DNA of 63,637 bases, the filler included, from Octopus bimaculoides (lineage: Eukaryota), in assembly GCF_001194135.2 (NCBI RefSeq). It is 9 parts of 7 records of this genome, joined end to end, with 100 filler letters (N's around TTAATTAATTAA, not from the genome) between each part and the next. Parts side by side here need not be neighbours in the genome. Positions count along the whole stretch, not along the records: positions 1 to 9,887 come from NC_068981.1; positions 9,988 to 21,169 come from NC_068984.1; 7 more parts are not named here. The stretch is one strand, 5' to 3'. The position numbers were made by a program, and so were the translations under genes. Shown here piece by piece: positions 1-12,005 of the stretch (position 1 is its first letter; each line of letters opens with the position of its first letter). Under the pieces are notes generated by a model. It saw only the letters and a program-made list of their open reading frames with translations. It ran no database searches and was not told the DNA's origin.

Positions 1-205
1 CTAATTTTAAATATAACAAAGAATTTAGTAAAATAATTTCGTTATCATTAAGCTGGTGTTAGGAACATAAATTGTGACTGAGGTTTGGTGGAAGATTTTC
101 ATTCAAAACTTATGAAAACAAGACATTTGTACTCAGAGCCAGAGGCAGTTTCAGGCAAGTTGGTATCAAAAGGGTTAAGAATTGTTTCTCTATTATATAT
201 TTTAA

Positions 206-427
206 TCCTTCTATTACCATATTTCTGTTGAGATGCTCTGTGTTTCTTTCAATTAATTTTAGATATAACAAAGAATTTAGTAAAATAACTTTGTTATCAT
301 TAAGCTAGTGTTAGGAACATAAATTGTGACTAAGGTTTGGTGGAAGATTTTCATTCAAAACTTATGTAAACAAGACATTTGTACTACAGAGCCAGAGGCG
401 GTTTCAGCCAGGTTGGTAATGAAAGGG
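206..427. mobile_element. piggyBac-type MITE of about 220 bp (TTAA-flanked); related copies or fragments at 1-177, 5570-5650, 59180-59402, 59548-59700, 62460-62641, and probably 31680-32246
   Basis: Flanked by TTAA on both sides with (T/C)CCTT...AAAGGG termini. The same internal sequence recurs in both orientations. Confidence 0.55.
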
Positions 428-459
428 TTAAACTGCAGCGCTTCATTTCACTGTATATA

Positions 460-3400
460 CATCATCATCATCATCATTTAATACTGGTTTCCTATGCTGA
501 ATGGGTTGGATGATGGAAGAGCTGCCTGGGCTCCATGTCCATCTTCGCATGGTTTCTAGAGCTGGATGCCCTTCCTAACACCAAACACTTTACAGAGTGG
601 CACTGGGTGTTTTTTAAACAGCACTGATGCTTTTTACATGGCCCTGGCATCCACGAGCCCACAAGATTAGGATCAATCAGCTAGAGAGGGATGCAGGGGA
701 CATGTCTATATGCAAGGACAACCACAATTTTACTTAGATTGACATGTCTTCTGAAGCACAGCAAACCACCAGCTGTATTGGTCCCCTGTCATCCACTCTG
801 TGAGGTCCAACATCTGAAGATATTTTCTCAACACTTCATCCCACGTCTTCCAGGGACAATTACTTCCACATGTTCCCTCCACAATATGAGATTGGGACTT
901 TTTGATGAACCTGTCTATATTTGATGCCCTGTATACCCAGCTTTTCTTTCAAATCACTTACACTCTTGTATATACACATTGACATTACCCATCCAGCAGA
1001 GCATACTGGCTTCATTTCTTTCAAACCTTCACATGTCCTCAGTAGTCACAGCCCATGTCTCATTGCCATGTAGCATAGCTGTTCATACACTGGCATCATA
1101 CAATCTGCCTTTCACTCTGAGGGAAAGGCTCTTCTTTAACAACAGAGGTAGTAACTCTCTGAGCTCTGCCCAGCCTGTTCTTATTCCAGCAGTTATGCTT
1201 TCAGAACAACCTCCACCTCTGCTAACTTGGTCACCTAAGTAACAGAAACTCTCTACTACTTCTAAGGATCTCCCCTGACATTTGAGGGAGGTTATTTTTT
1301 AAAAAATTCCATGTGTTTAATGTAGCTGCACATCTGCCACATGTAAAGACTGCTGTCTCTGTTAGTCACTCAGTGATACTGCTGCACCTCTTACCTGTCC
1401 ATAGCTTGCACTTGGTACATCGTATGGAGTTTCTCCCAATACCTTTCCTACGCATCAAGCAGGGCCATCACCCTGAAGGGATCAGTGATTTGTCTGCTCT
1501 CCTATTTATTGGGGTTTTGGTCTTTGCTAAATTAACTAACTCCCTTTGATTTCTGTTCATGCTTCCACACCTGAATTTCTTCTCTAGTTCTGGTAGTGAT
1601 TCAGCAATAAGAACAAGGTCATCAGCATAGAGGAGCTCCCTAGAGCAGCCAGCCTTAAATTCTTCTGTTATAGCTTGGAGGACCATGATAAACAAGAGTG
1701 GGGCTGAGAACTGATCCCTGGTGGACTCCTACTTTGTACACTAACTTTCTTGCTATACTCATTGGTGATTTTCACCTTACTGACAGCTTCCCTGTACATA
1801 GATTGTACAGTTTTCACCAACTACTTATCTATCCCTAGCTTCCACATTGCCTACCAGATAAGGGAGTGGGCAACCCTGTCAAAGGCTTTCTCCATGTCAA
1901 AAAGTAGAGGAGTTTATTTTTGGCCAAGTACTTCTCCTGCAGTTGTCTCACCAGGAAGATAGCATCAGTGGTGCTTTTTTCCTGGCACAAATCCAAACTG
2001 CATCTCATCTAGACTAACTCACTTCCTAATTGAGTTATGACCCTTTCTGAAACGTTCATCACCTGGTCCAGCAATTTGATACCCTGTAATTATTCCTGTC
2101 TCAGGCATCACCTTTGCCTTTGCAGCAGCTGACTATAATGCTGCTACACCAATCGTTGGCTGTAACTCCCTCGTAAAAAACCTGATCAACTCTATAGGTG
2201 ACTAGACTGTATCGTACTCAACCAAATATTTCAAGCATCTTAGCAGTGCCCCCTGATAGACCAGGGGGCATTTCCCCGTCTTCATATCCTTAATTGCTTT
2301 ATCAACTTTTTATAGTAGCACTTTCAACCCTCCTTCTTTGCAGAATCATTAAATGCAAGTGACCCGTCATCCATGCAAACACACTTCTCTCCTACCACAT
2401 CACAATTCTCTCTGACACACAGTCTCACAATCTGAAACACCTAAAGGCCCCAGGTCCTCATGCTGCAGAACATTGGCAAACTTCCCTCTTTCTGTTTCTC
2501 CCCTGACTAAGTATATCTGTCTTCTAGTCTCCCTCTTAGCAACTAGATATAGTTCCCTGCTAACTCTTCCAGTCCTGTTTCTTTTTCTACAATATTATTC
2601 CACTCCCATGTTCCCCTAGGTTTGGTTGGGACTTTGCACCAACTGCAGATTTGGCATGTAGCATTTAGCAAGCTGTCCACAAGAAGTCCCAGTTGCCCTC
2701 TATGTCACAAGTCTGTAGCTCCTCTTCCCTTTCATCAAATTACTCAATCAGGATGTCCCTCAATCTCTGACCACAAGAAGGATCCTTAAGATACCAAATC
2801 CTTCTTTTCCAGATTGGTTTAATTCTTGGCTTAGAATCTAAAATCACTAATGACTAGTCTATGCTGGCGAATACATTCTTCACCAAGGAAGGTCTTTGCA
2901 TTTATGAGCAACCATACATCTCGCTGTCTGGTGAGAATGAAATCAATCAGGCTAGTGTAGTCACTTGATTGATAGGTTATCAGGTGATTGGCTGGCTTCC
3001 TGAAGTTGGTGTTGCAGATCAATAGGTTATTTGCATCACAGAACTCCAGCAGCCTTGTTCCTTCTTCATTTCAGGAATCAATGCCATGGGACTCATGCAT
3101 ACTATGGAAGATACCTGGCTGCTACCCAACACGTCTATTGAAATTACCAACCACAAAGATGAGGTGATTGTCATTTGTCTTTGAGGTAGCTTGCAAAAGA
3201 ATATCATACAAGCAGTCCTTTTGTTCATTTAGCAGACCTGCTTGAGGGACACAGGCAGAGATAATTGTTGCTGTAATACTCTGCAAAACTAGCCAAAGCT
3301 TAAGTACTCCATCGCACATTCTGACTACCTCAATTACCTTATCCACCCATTTCTCTGCTAGAGGTATGCCCATATACCCTACCCTGATGCTGTTAGCTTC

Positions 3401-3500
3401 CCAGAAGATTCCGTACCTATATTTCTTGCCCATGAGGAACCTGGCTGAAGCTCCCCTCCACTTTACTTCTTGAACACAACACACCTCTCTTCAAGCATTT
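460..3500 (-). mobile_element. Decayed RTE-clade LINE (APE endonuclease + reverse transcriptase + 3' UTR)
   Basis: Broken frames give CCVQEVKWRG...IFVVGNFNRRVG and LIDFILTRQRD...QHRLVISDF (endonuclease), LLYADDLVLIAES (RT), and the C-terminus near 700-960, running into a (GAT)n-tailed 3' end at about 462-680. Confidence 0.85.
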
Positions 3501-4305
3501 CAACAATCTCACCAATAATGTACAATATCTTCATTATCATCGTTTAACATCTGTCTTCCATGCTGACAGGAGCTGGTAAGCCAGAGGGCTGTTCTGGCAT
3601 AATTTCTATGACTGGATATCCAACCACTTTGCAGAGTTCTTTTTTATGTGACATCAGCATGGAAGCATTTTTATGTGGTGCCAGCATAAGTACTTATAAC
3701 ATGGCAACAGCACAGCAAGTAAAAAGCACCTGTGCTTTTATATCATGTACATATCATGTATATATAGAATTAGTACATAGAATAGTGTGTTATAATGAGT
3801 ATAAGCCATAGCTGTACACATCAAGTTTGCAGCCAGAAAAAGAGAGAACAGCTGTTCATGCATGTTTCAACCCCAGTCGCCATCAGTGTCAACAATCCAA
3901 ATACAGTTTATAAACCCACAAGTATTACAGGTTAAAGTAAACTACCAGGCTTACAAGTTTTCAGTCAAACCGTCCAACCCATGCCAGAATGGAAAGCAGA
4001 CATTAAACGATGACAATGAACATTCCAGACCAGTTTGCATATTTCATACTTTGTTTGCCGCTTTAAACATGTAATTACTAGCATAACCATCATCATCCTC
4101 ATCATCACTTACCATCTGTCTTCCATGTTTGCATGGGTTGGATGGTGACATTGGGAAATGATTAAAGTAATCAATAATATTAGCTATGAAGAATTATTGA
4201 GATCAAGAATTTCTACGGAAAGATTGGAAATAACGACCAATGTTTATGGAATTAGTTTTTTATAAAAGCAAAAAAAAATGAAAGAAAATCTCCAGAGACA
4301 ATTAC

Positions 4306-4420
4306 CTTCATAAATGGTGTTTTACCTTCTTTATCACTAATGCTGGTGCGAGCATTCCATGCCAAAAGTTCTTGGACAATGGCAGCATGTCCTTGACAAC
4401 ATGCCAAATGCAATGGCGTT
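4306..4420 (-). CDS. ANKRD26: ANKRD26-family gene, second coding exon (ankyrin repeat)
   Basis: Acceptor tttgttgtag|A, donor AAG|gtaatt, 115 nt. Reads (R)TPLHLACCQGHAAIVQELLAWNARTSISDKEGKTPFMK, a canonical TPLHLA ankyrin repeat in phase with exon 1. No further exons were recognisable to the left, so the gene probably continues beyond position 1. Confidence 0.85.
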
Positions 4421-5129
4421 CTACAACAAATAAAACACTAAAATTGAATGATAGAATGTTCAATAGGGAATTAATTGTCTGTTGGTCAGGAAATCAAATG
4501 AAAAGAGTTGCAAAGCAAGAATGTGCCTTGGATTCTGTCTTTCCAGGGTGAAGGTTAGGGTAGGGTCTCTTAAAGAACAGAGGGTAAAGATAAGGCAGGG
4601 AAAAGAAAATGGGAATCTATATTAATGAACAGAGTATAGACATAGCAGTGTCTATTAAACAACATGGAGTAGCAGCCATGGGAGAGTCTCTTAAGGGGTG
4701 ACAGTGTGTGGATATAAGGCACACACACCCGCACACAAGCAGGAGGGGTTGTGTGAAAAGAAGTCTGCTTCCCAGCCACATGGTTTCAACTTCAGCTCCA
4801 CTGCGTGGCACCTTGGGCAAGTTTCTTTTAGTATAGCATCAGACGGACAAAAAGCCATGCTAGTCAATTTGGTAGGCGAAAACTGAGAGAAGCCTGTTGT
4901 GTCATCATCCTTTCACATCCACTCTCTCTGCTGGCATGGGTTGGACAGTTTGACATGGAGCTGGCCAGTAGGAAGCTGTCCAAACTCCAACTGTTTGTTG
5001 TGGCATGGTTCCTATGGCTGGAGGCCCTTTCTAATGCCAGCAACATAGAAGAATGTGCTGGGTACTTTTTATGTGCCACATGCACAGGTGTCTTTTAAGT
5101 GGCACCGGCAGCTGAAAGGACAAACCTGC

Positions 5130-5570
5130 AGGTATGGAAGACAGCAATTTTACCTAGCTTGAACTGTCTTATCAAGTACAGCAAATCGCCAAACCTCCTG
5201 AAGGCATTTCCTCAGTGAGGCCCAGTGTCCGAAGATCTCACCACTTTGTCCCACATCTTCTTGGGTCTACCCCTTCTACAATTAGAGCTCAACACTTGTG
5301 TCCCCATCCATACACATCACATGACCAAACCAATGCAGCCTTCTCTCTTTGCACACCACATCTGATGCTTCTTATACCCAATTTACCGCTTAAATCATTT
5401 ACACATTGTCATACATGCATTCTGACATTACCCATCCAATGAAGAATACTAGCTTCATTTCTTTGAAGCCTTTGCAAGTTCCCTGTAGTCAAAGCCCATG
5501 TTTCGCTGTCATGTTACATAGCTGTATGTACACAGGCATCATACAATCTGCTTTTCACTCGAAGTTATTT
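5130..5570 (-). mobile_element. RTE LINE 3' fragment; similar fragments at 26640-26810 (+) and 49490-49740 (-)
   Basis: GRGRPRKTWDKVVRKDL-type C-terminal motif (ORFs 49499-49795 and 26575-26868) and nucleotide similarity to 700-1130. Confidence 0.7.
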
Positions 5571-7810
5571 TACTAAATTCTTTGTTATATTTAAAGTAAT
5601 TGAAAGAAACACAGATCATCTCAACAGAAATATGGTAAGAAAAAGGTTAAACTCAGTTTTTTTTTCTATTTATTTATTTTTTTAATCTTATACTGTTTCA
5701 GTTACTGGACTGTGGCCATACTGGGGCCTTGAATGCTTTAGTCAAACAAATCAGAACTTAATCTTTAAGTTTTATACTATCATTCTCTTTTGCTGAGCCA
5801 CTAAGCTACTAGGACGTAAACAAACCAACACTGGTTGTCAAGTAGTGGCGATGGGGTGGGACACCAAATACAAAGACACACACACACAAATGTATATACA
5901 TGCATGTGTCTTCATGTTTAGTGTCCCTTCCACCACCACCATCGTTGGTTGGTTTATGTCCTAGTAGCTTAGTGGTTCAGTGAAAGACCTATAATCAAAG
6001 GTAGTCCAGCCATGACCACTATTTAGGACTACAATATTCGATATATCATTTCTTTTAAATATAATAGGATGTGATTTGAGGAAGATTTGGTTGCTATTTC
6101 TAACCCCCAATCAGAATCGATTCTTTACAAAGCAGACATGCAGCCTACAATACAATATGTCCTTCCTTCCCAATATGTCAGCTCTCTGGAATTCCCTTCC
6201 TGCAGCTGGAACATTAATGGCATCGATCTCACTGATAAAAAGAAGCTCTGGGAAAATCATGAGCACCACCCTTCCCTTCAGATTCAGTAACTAAAAAAAT
6301 AATTGATCCCGAGTCTGCTGGACAAAACCCCACCTAGGGTTAAACAGTAACAACAACACTTAATAGAAATAAGTAAGAATAACTGAAATGGCAAAGTTTG
6401 GTCAACAAGGAGACCTCCACGTGGTCACTGGAATTCTTAGAAACAGCAGCCAAATTTTCGATTACATGAACTGGCTTTAAAAAGGTGGGACACAATGGAT
6501 AGCGTAGTCCTGGTTACACTACGGCTGAAAAACCAGTAGGAGAGTCCTGAATAGAACAACTCTAGTTAATCAGAGCTAACCTGTAGTCAAACAGCAACTT
6601 ATGGAAAAGAAGCCGGTGACAGAGAGGAACTCGATTTGTTAAAAATAGTAGTCAAATCTCTCTCAAAACGTACTGTCTTAAATGGAATAATGTGGTCATA
6701 GATACAATGCCTGGGTAGTCACGGTTGAACAAACCTGATATCGAGATAAACAACAACAACCTACAGGAAATTTGACCAAAGCCTCTCAATAGATTCTTTA
6801 AAAGAAATTTTAAATTCTAAAAATTATTTCATACAAAATAAAGTTTTTAATAATTTTGTGATACAAAAGGAAACAATTTTTTTTATGCATTTCGCACCTC
6901 TCCTTGAAAAATGCATTTTGTCCAAAAAATTTTTTTTCGGATCCCTACGTTTCAGAGATTACGAATAAGCAAAAAGAAAAGAAAAAAATTAACTCCACCA
7001 CCATCAGCCCTTAAAAATTTTGAACTTTTTCGAAATTTTTCTTTCCTTATGTTTTCGATTACGGAGATTCCGAATATGCAAGAAACCACGTTTTCAAAAT
7101 TTTAAATTCAATAAGCATAAAGATAGGTGTATGAAGAGATGGATATAGATAGATATGAATGTCTACCTGGGGCTAAAAACAAGGGTAACACCGTCTTCCA
7201 TAGGATCGCCATATTTAGTTGACAAATATATTTTATAAATAAACGGACAGAGATAAATAAGCAGATAAATAAATGAATGAAAAAGTTCAAAATTTAAAAT
7301 TGGGGGAGGTGTGAAATTTGAGCTCCTTATTAAAATTTATGACACTAAATTATTAAACACTAATGTTTGTTACTCATAAAATAGTGCAAATTTAATTTAC
7401 ATTAAATTATTATTTACGATTATTTATGGCAAACACAAGTAAAACGCTAATTATTTTCACTTTAATGTTTTTGTATTTAATTTCGATTTGCATGTTTCGT
7501 TCAATTCGCTACAATCTATTTAAAGTAAACAAAATCAAAAATTTAAATTGGGAGAAGTTAAGTGTGAAATAATAATTTTTTTTTTGTACATTCGTAATCT
7601 CCAATATCTAAAACAGGAATCCGAAAAAAAAGTTTTTCAAGGAGAAGAACGAAACTTGAGAAATATAAAAGTTTTAAAAGACTAGAATAACGTCTCGAAG
7701 TACACAAAACTTCGTGGAAATATTCTTTCAGAGGCGCCAAGTTGGGAATTTGTAACTAATTTGAAGGAAAACATTAAAGAATTTATTGAAAATAAAAGTA
7801 GTTAAGAAAC

Positions 7811-8058
7811 CTGTGGCATTTATCCAGCGGACTGGGATCTCTTCTGGCGAGAGCTTTAACTTTTTCCAGTTGTCCATACCAAGCAGCTTTGTGTAATTTT
7901 CCCAATTCCTTGTCCCGAACAATATAGATACCATCGGTGAGCGCATTCGATGACAAATTACTACTTTCATTGTCTAAACAGACACTGTCAGATCTCTTTC
8001 TCGACAATTTTCCTCCAGAAGGTGAAAACTTCCCTAAATTTTTAACAAACTTGAGCAT
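7811..8058 (-). CDS. ANKRD26: ANKRD26/POTE/ANKRD36-family ankyrin-repeat gene, first coding exon
   Basis: ATG at 8058 (the track's start at 8076 is GTG). Reads MLKFVKNLGK...GIYIVRDKELGKLHKAAWYGQLEKVKALARRDPSPLDKCH, matching the family N-terminus as I recall it (GYHVRDRDLGKIHKAA...DKMNR). Ends CACAG|GTTTCT in phase 2 and splices in frame to the exon at 4420-4306. Confidence 0.8.
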
Positions 8059-8419
8059 TGGGACCAAATAACTCACAGTAAAGATGTTTTAGGCAATAAA
8101 ATTAATCCTGCGAGTAGTGGTCGCCATTACATCAACAATGTTGTTGTTAAGGGAGAAATGTCAACTCGGCAGTGAATATTGAAATTACACACACTTTATA
8201 GTTTCCGGAACATTTTCGTTTCCTTGAAAATTCTTCAATTTTCAAATAATTGTTTTCAAATTTCTAACACTGATATAGTTATATAAGCTAATTATTAAAA
8301 TTATGTTGTTTTTTTTTTTTGAAAAATCAATAGTAAAGAAGTTAGAAGCAGTTGAAGTCATGTAATTTTAGCCAATGAAATAAGTTTATTGTCCTCACAA
8401 GCGGAAGTCGAAACTGTCT

Positions 8420-8433
8420 GTTACCATGGCAAC
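8420..8433. promoter_or_regulatory. RFX X-box motif GTTACCATGGCAAC
   Basis: One mismatch from the palindromic consensus GTTGCCATGGCAAC. Lies about 360 bp upstream of the ANKRD26-like ATG, with an ETS-like GCGGAAGT at 8401-8408 and CCAAT/ATTGG boxes at 8372-8376 and 8458-8462. Confidence 0.6.
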
Positions 8434-8767
8434 TCCAGTGTATCGTTGTTTATCCATATTGGCTAAATTATGTATCTTTGGATGCTTCTAATCTCTTTAT
8501 AATTAATTTTTTGGAGGGGGTGGGATAAATGCGATTTTCATCGTCAGCGTTCTACACAACATCAGTGTGAGAAATTTGAAGAGAATTCATTAAAAAATGA
8601 AAAACCTTCGACAAAACAAAATGTAAGCACCCAACTTGTTCTAGGATGTGGCCCACTGCCCCTCCCCTCAACCTTCCACTGCTTTACCCCCTCCCACATA
8701 CTTTATTCCATTTCGTTTCTTATTTCTTTTCTTTTCTGTTTCTTCATATTTTAATCATAAAAATGGG

Positions 8768-8937
8768 GGTAAATTTTCAGATTAACACCCGCACGATTTT
8801 CACTCGGGTGTTAGGGTTAGGGTTTTAGGGTTAGGGTTAGGGAATTCCGTCCCTAACCGTAACCCTAACCCTGACCCTAAAACCCTAACCCTAACACCCT
8901 AGTGAAGATCGTGCGGGTGTTAATCTGAAAATTTACC
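8768..8937. mobile_element. Palindromic MITE with internal TTAGGG/CCCTAA repeats (Merlin-like), copy 1
   Basis: Termini GGTAAATTTTCAGATTAACACCCGCACGAT...ATCGTGCGGGTGTTAATCTGAAAATTTACC. 8-bp TSD AAAATGGG / AAAACGGG. Confidence 0.7.
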
Positions 8938-8949
8938 AAAACGGGATCT

Positions 8950-9626
8950 TTCCTTTAGATGGACAGATCGAGAAATTAATTTTTTGTAACTAAACTAAAC
9001 ACTTTCAAACTTCGGATACTGGTAGAATGTGTCATATAAAACATCTGGTAAATTTTCAGATTAACATCCGCATGATTTTCACTAGGGTTTAGGGTTAGGG
9101 TTCGGGACGGAATTCCCACCCTAACACCGTAGTGAAAATCGTGCGGGTGTTAATCTGAAAATGTATCAAACATCTTTTACTCTTAGCGTTGTTGAGAAAA
9201 GTTTTGCCAAAAATCGGAATTTTGAAATTTTTTGCCCCCCACCTCCAATTTCTTTATTTTTCACTTTTTTCCGTAACACTAACCCTAAAACCCTAACTCT
9301 AACTCTAACCATAAAACCCTAAAGCTAAAACCAGTACAAACGCACGAACGGTGTCATAAATAACAGTGACAAACGAAATATACACCGCCGATTGTTGTTG
9401 TTGACAAATAACAGCAGTATCTTTATTCAGCTGAATACACGTCATTGATTGGTTGAAATTACCGAAATACGACAACTTTAACACGAAATAACTTCGGAAA
9501 TAGAAACTTTTCTCAACAACACTAAGAGTAAAAGATGTTTTATATGGCACATTCTACCAGTATCCGAAGTTTGAAAGTGTTTAATTACAAAAAAAATTAA
9601 TTTCTTGATCTGTCCATCAAATGAAA
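8950..9626. mobile_element. Foldback/non-autonomous DNA transposon with inverted arms of about 130 bp
   Basis: 8950-9205 (minus the inserted MITE) is the reverse complement of about 9504-9626. Confidence 0.55.
9047..9167. mobile_element. Same MITE, copy 2 (core in the opposite orientation)
   Basis: Same TIRs with a perfect 8-bp TSD AAACATCT (9039-9046 and 9168-9175). Confidence 0.75.
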
Positions 9627-9887
9627 AATTACTTTATTTTAAGTAAATCAAATTAATATTCAATAGAATATAATTACAAGTAGCATTTGTCTTATTCTGA
9701 ACAGCCTCACTACAGACTTTTAGTACTGCTCATAGAGACAAAGCCACACATTTTCTATTTACTATAAAATCAATAAATAAAGTCATTTTTAGCATGCAAA
9801 AAATTAACTCCGTGTTCGAAAATTTAAAAATAGTGAAAATTGTCTTAAAATATTTGAATTTTTGTCATATGCCTTTTTTTTTTTTTT

Positions 9888-9987
9888 NNNNNNNNNNNNN
9901 NNNNNNNNNNNNNNNNNNNNNNNNNNNNNNNTTAATTAATTAANNNNNNNNNNNNNNNNNNNNNNNNNNNNNNNNNNNNNNNNNNNN
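9888..9987. other. Artificial 100-bp assembly spacer N44-TTAATTAATTAA-N44; also at 21170, 32896, 41158, 47629, 55848, 59809, 61312
   Basis: The same layout occurs eight times. The 12-mer is palindromic and places TAA stops in all six frames. Confidence 0.95.
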
Positions 9988-10289
9988 TGTAGAGTGTTAG
10001 GTGTGATGTACAGAAGTAAATATTGAAAAAAAAGTCGTCAGAATTTTGGAATAACTTCTTTCATTTATTTTATACATATATTAGCGCTTTCGTTCGTCTT
10101 TCGAACTTGTCAAATATAACTGTGAAAATACAGAGATCTAGCTTATTTATATAAAAACATGTTTTTGGGGGTTTTGTTTATAACAGAACATTGTCTTGTT
10201 TTTTTTTTGTTTTTTTGGGGTGAGGCTTTGGAGACAATGGAAGATGTATAAGCAAATAGATAGATAGATAGGCAGATAGAGAGATAGAT

Positions 10290-10437
10290 AGATAGACCGA
10301 CAGGTACTTGATTTATCGGCCCGAAAGGATGAAAGGCAGTCAACCTCGGCAGAATTTGTACTCAGAACGTAACGGCAGACGAAATACCGCTAAGCATTTC
10401 GCCCGGCATGCTAACATTTCTACCAGCTCGCTGCCTT
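10290..10437 (-). mobile_element. tRNA-derived SINE with a Nin/Nhin-like central domain; other copies at 13503-13679 (-) and 53345-53570 (+)
   Basis: Pol III box-B-like GAGTTCAAATTC followed by GACTTTGCCTTTCATCCTTTCGGGGTCGATAAA-like sequence and AAGTACCAG, resembling the recalled Nin domain. Confidence 0.6.
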
Positions 10438-12005
10438 TCGTTCTTAATGACCAAGATATGATGGACTCTCCCATCAAAGACGACATATGAGTGTTCAGTT
10501 CTTTTTGCCAAATGACCTGCACAAACAATTTATTTATAATGATCAAATGTATATGTTGCACATTATCTCACTCCTTCCATCAAGTCGACATTGTCTGAAT
10601 AGTGCACAATGTGCCATATGTCAGGTGTTGATGTGATCACAGAGCCATGTGAAATGTAGTGTTTTGCTCAAAAACACAATGCACCATTCAGTATAGGAAC
10701 TGAAACCAAGATCTTACGATTATGAGTGCAACACCCTAAGCACTAGGCCATGTGTCCTCATATATATATCACCATCATCATTATCATCGTTTAACATCCA
10801 CTTTCCATGCTGGCATGGGTTGGACAGTTTGACAGGAGCTGGCCAGGCCAAAGCCTGCACCAGACTTCTATATCTATTTTAGCAGGATTTTTACAGCTGG
10901 ATGCCCTTCCTAACACCAACCACCCAGCAGAGTGGACTGAGTGCATTTTATGTGGCACAAGCGCAGACAAGGTCAGTTTTGGCAAGGTTTTTACAGGTGG
11001 ATGACCTTCCAAATGCCGATCATTTGACACTGTGAACTGGATGCTTTTTAAGTGGCACCTGCACTGACAGGGTCACCAAGTAACTTGCAAAACAAAACTC
11101 TTTTGAGAGGTGGGGGCGCATTGGAGGAGGTGATCTTGTATCAGATGATGAAAGGTTATAGTGAGCCAGAAATAGGTATCTTGCTGTAGAAGGGGTACAA
11201 GGTAGATCAGGAATGAGGACAGAAACAGATGTACTTCTGCAAAGGAGATACATGGTTACCCAACCTGAGGGATGGGCAGAATAATGAGAGAAAGAGTGGG
11301 AGACAGCAAGATAGAGATGGTGACAAGGTGCTGAGTGTGTTCACAAGGGAGGGGGGGCTACTGAATAGCAATGATAGAGAGAAAGTGGGCCATGAGAAGA
11401 GGATTGAGGACAGAGCATGAAGGAGGAAATGTGAGGAAGAGAATAAATGTGGAAATGTAGTTTGGTTTGTTGCAGTGGGATGTGTGAAAAGCTTTCTTGT
11501 AACATGTGGGGGAAACACACAGGTGGGGGGGGGGGGCTAGCGGATAGCAATGATACAGTGAGACAGGGCTAAGAGGACAGGACTGGGGAGTGGGAGGTAA
11601 GCATAGTGTATGAAAGAGGAATTGTGGGGAAGAGACAGAGAAATGTAGTCAGGTTTGTTGGGATAGGATGTATGAAGAGTTTTCTTGCAAACAAATGATT
11701 TATTGTGCAAACACACACACACACACATATATATATGATTTATTATGCAAACACATACACATATAGAGGTAAGTGTATATATGCAAGCATGTGTGTGTGT
11801 GTGTGTGTGTGTGCATGCATGCACAATTATAACCCAGCTAAAATTGATTACCTGTCTGGTGCAAACCTCTCAGCCAAAGTACAACAGCTGTGTTAAAACT
11901 TCCTCTGACAATTCATCAGATATTAGCATATCACTATCTTTTATAAAAACCCTATGTATGCTTACACACACACACACACATAAGCCTTCGTCATACAATA
12001 CTCAC

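Noticed and set aside
6087-6290. 67-aa intronic ORF
   Set aside because: It is flanked by interspersed repeat sequence, has no splice signals or recognisable motif, and is probably TE-derived.
8810-8895. (TTAGGG)n-(CCCTAA)n as a telomere fusion site
   Set aside because: It is enclosed by TIRs and an 8-bp TSD and has a second copy nearby, so it is part of a mobile element.
9932-9943. TTAATTAATTAA palindrome recurring eight times
   Set aside because: Always centred in exactly 44 N on each side and encodes stops in all six frames. It is an assembly linker, not biology.
10433-10526. Possible next HEMK1 exon (VIWQKELNTHMSSLMGESIISWSLRTK)
   Set aside because: The acceptor is plausible, but similarity is negligible, there is no GT donor, and it runs into a SINE.
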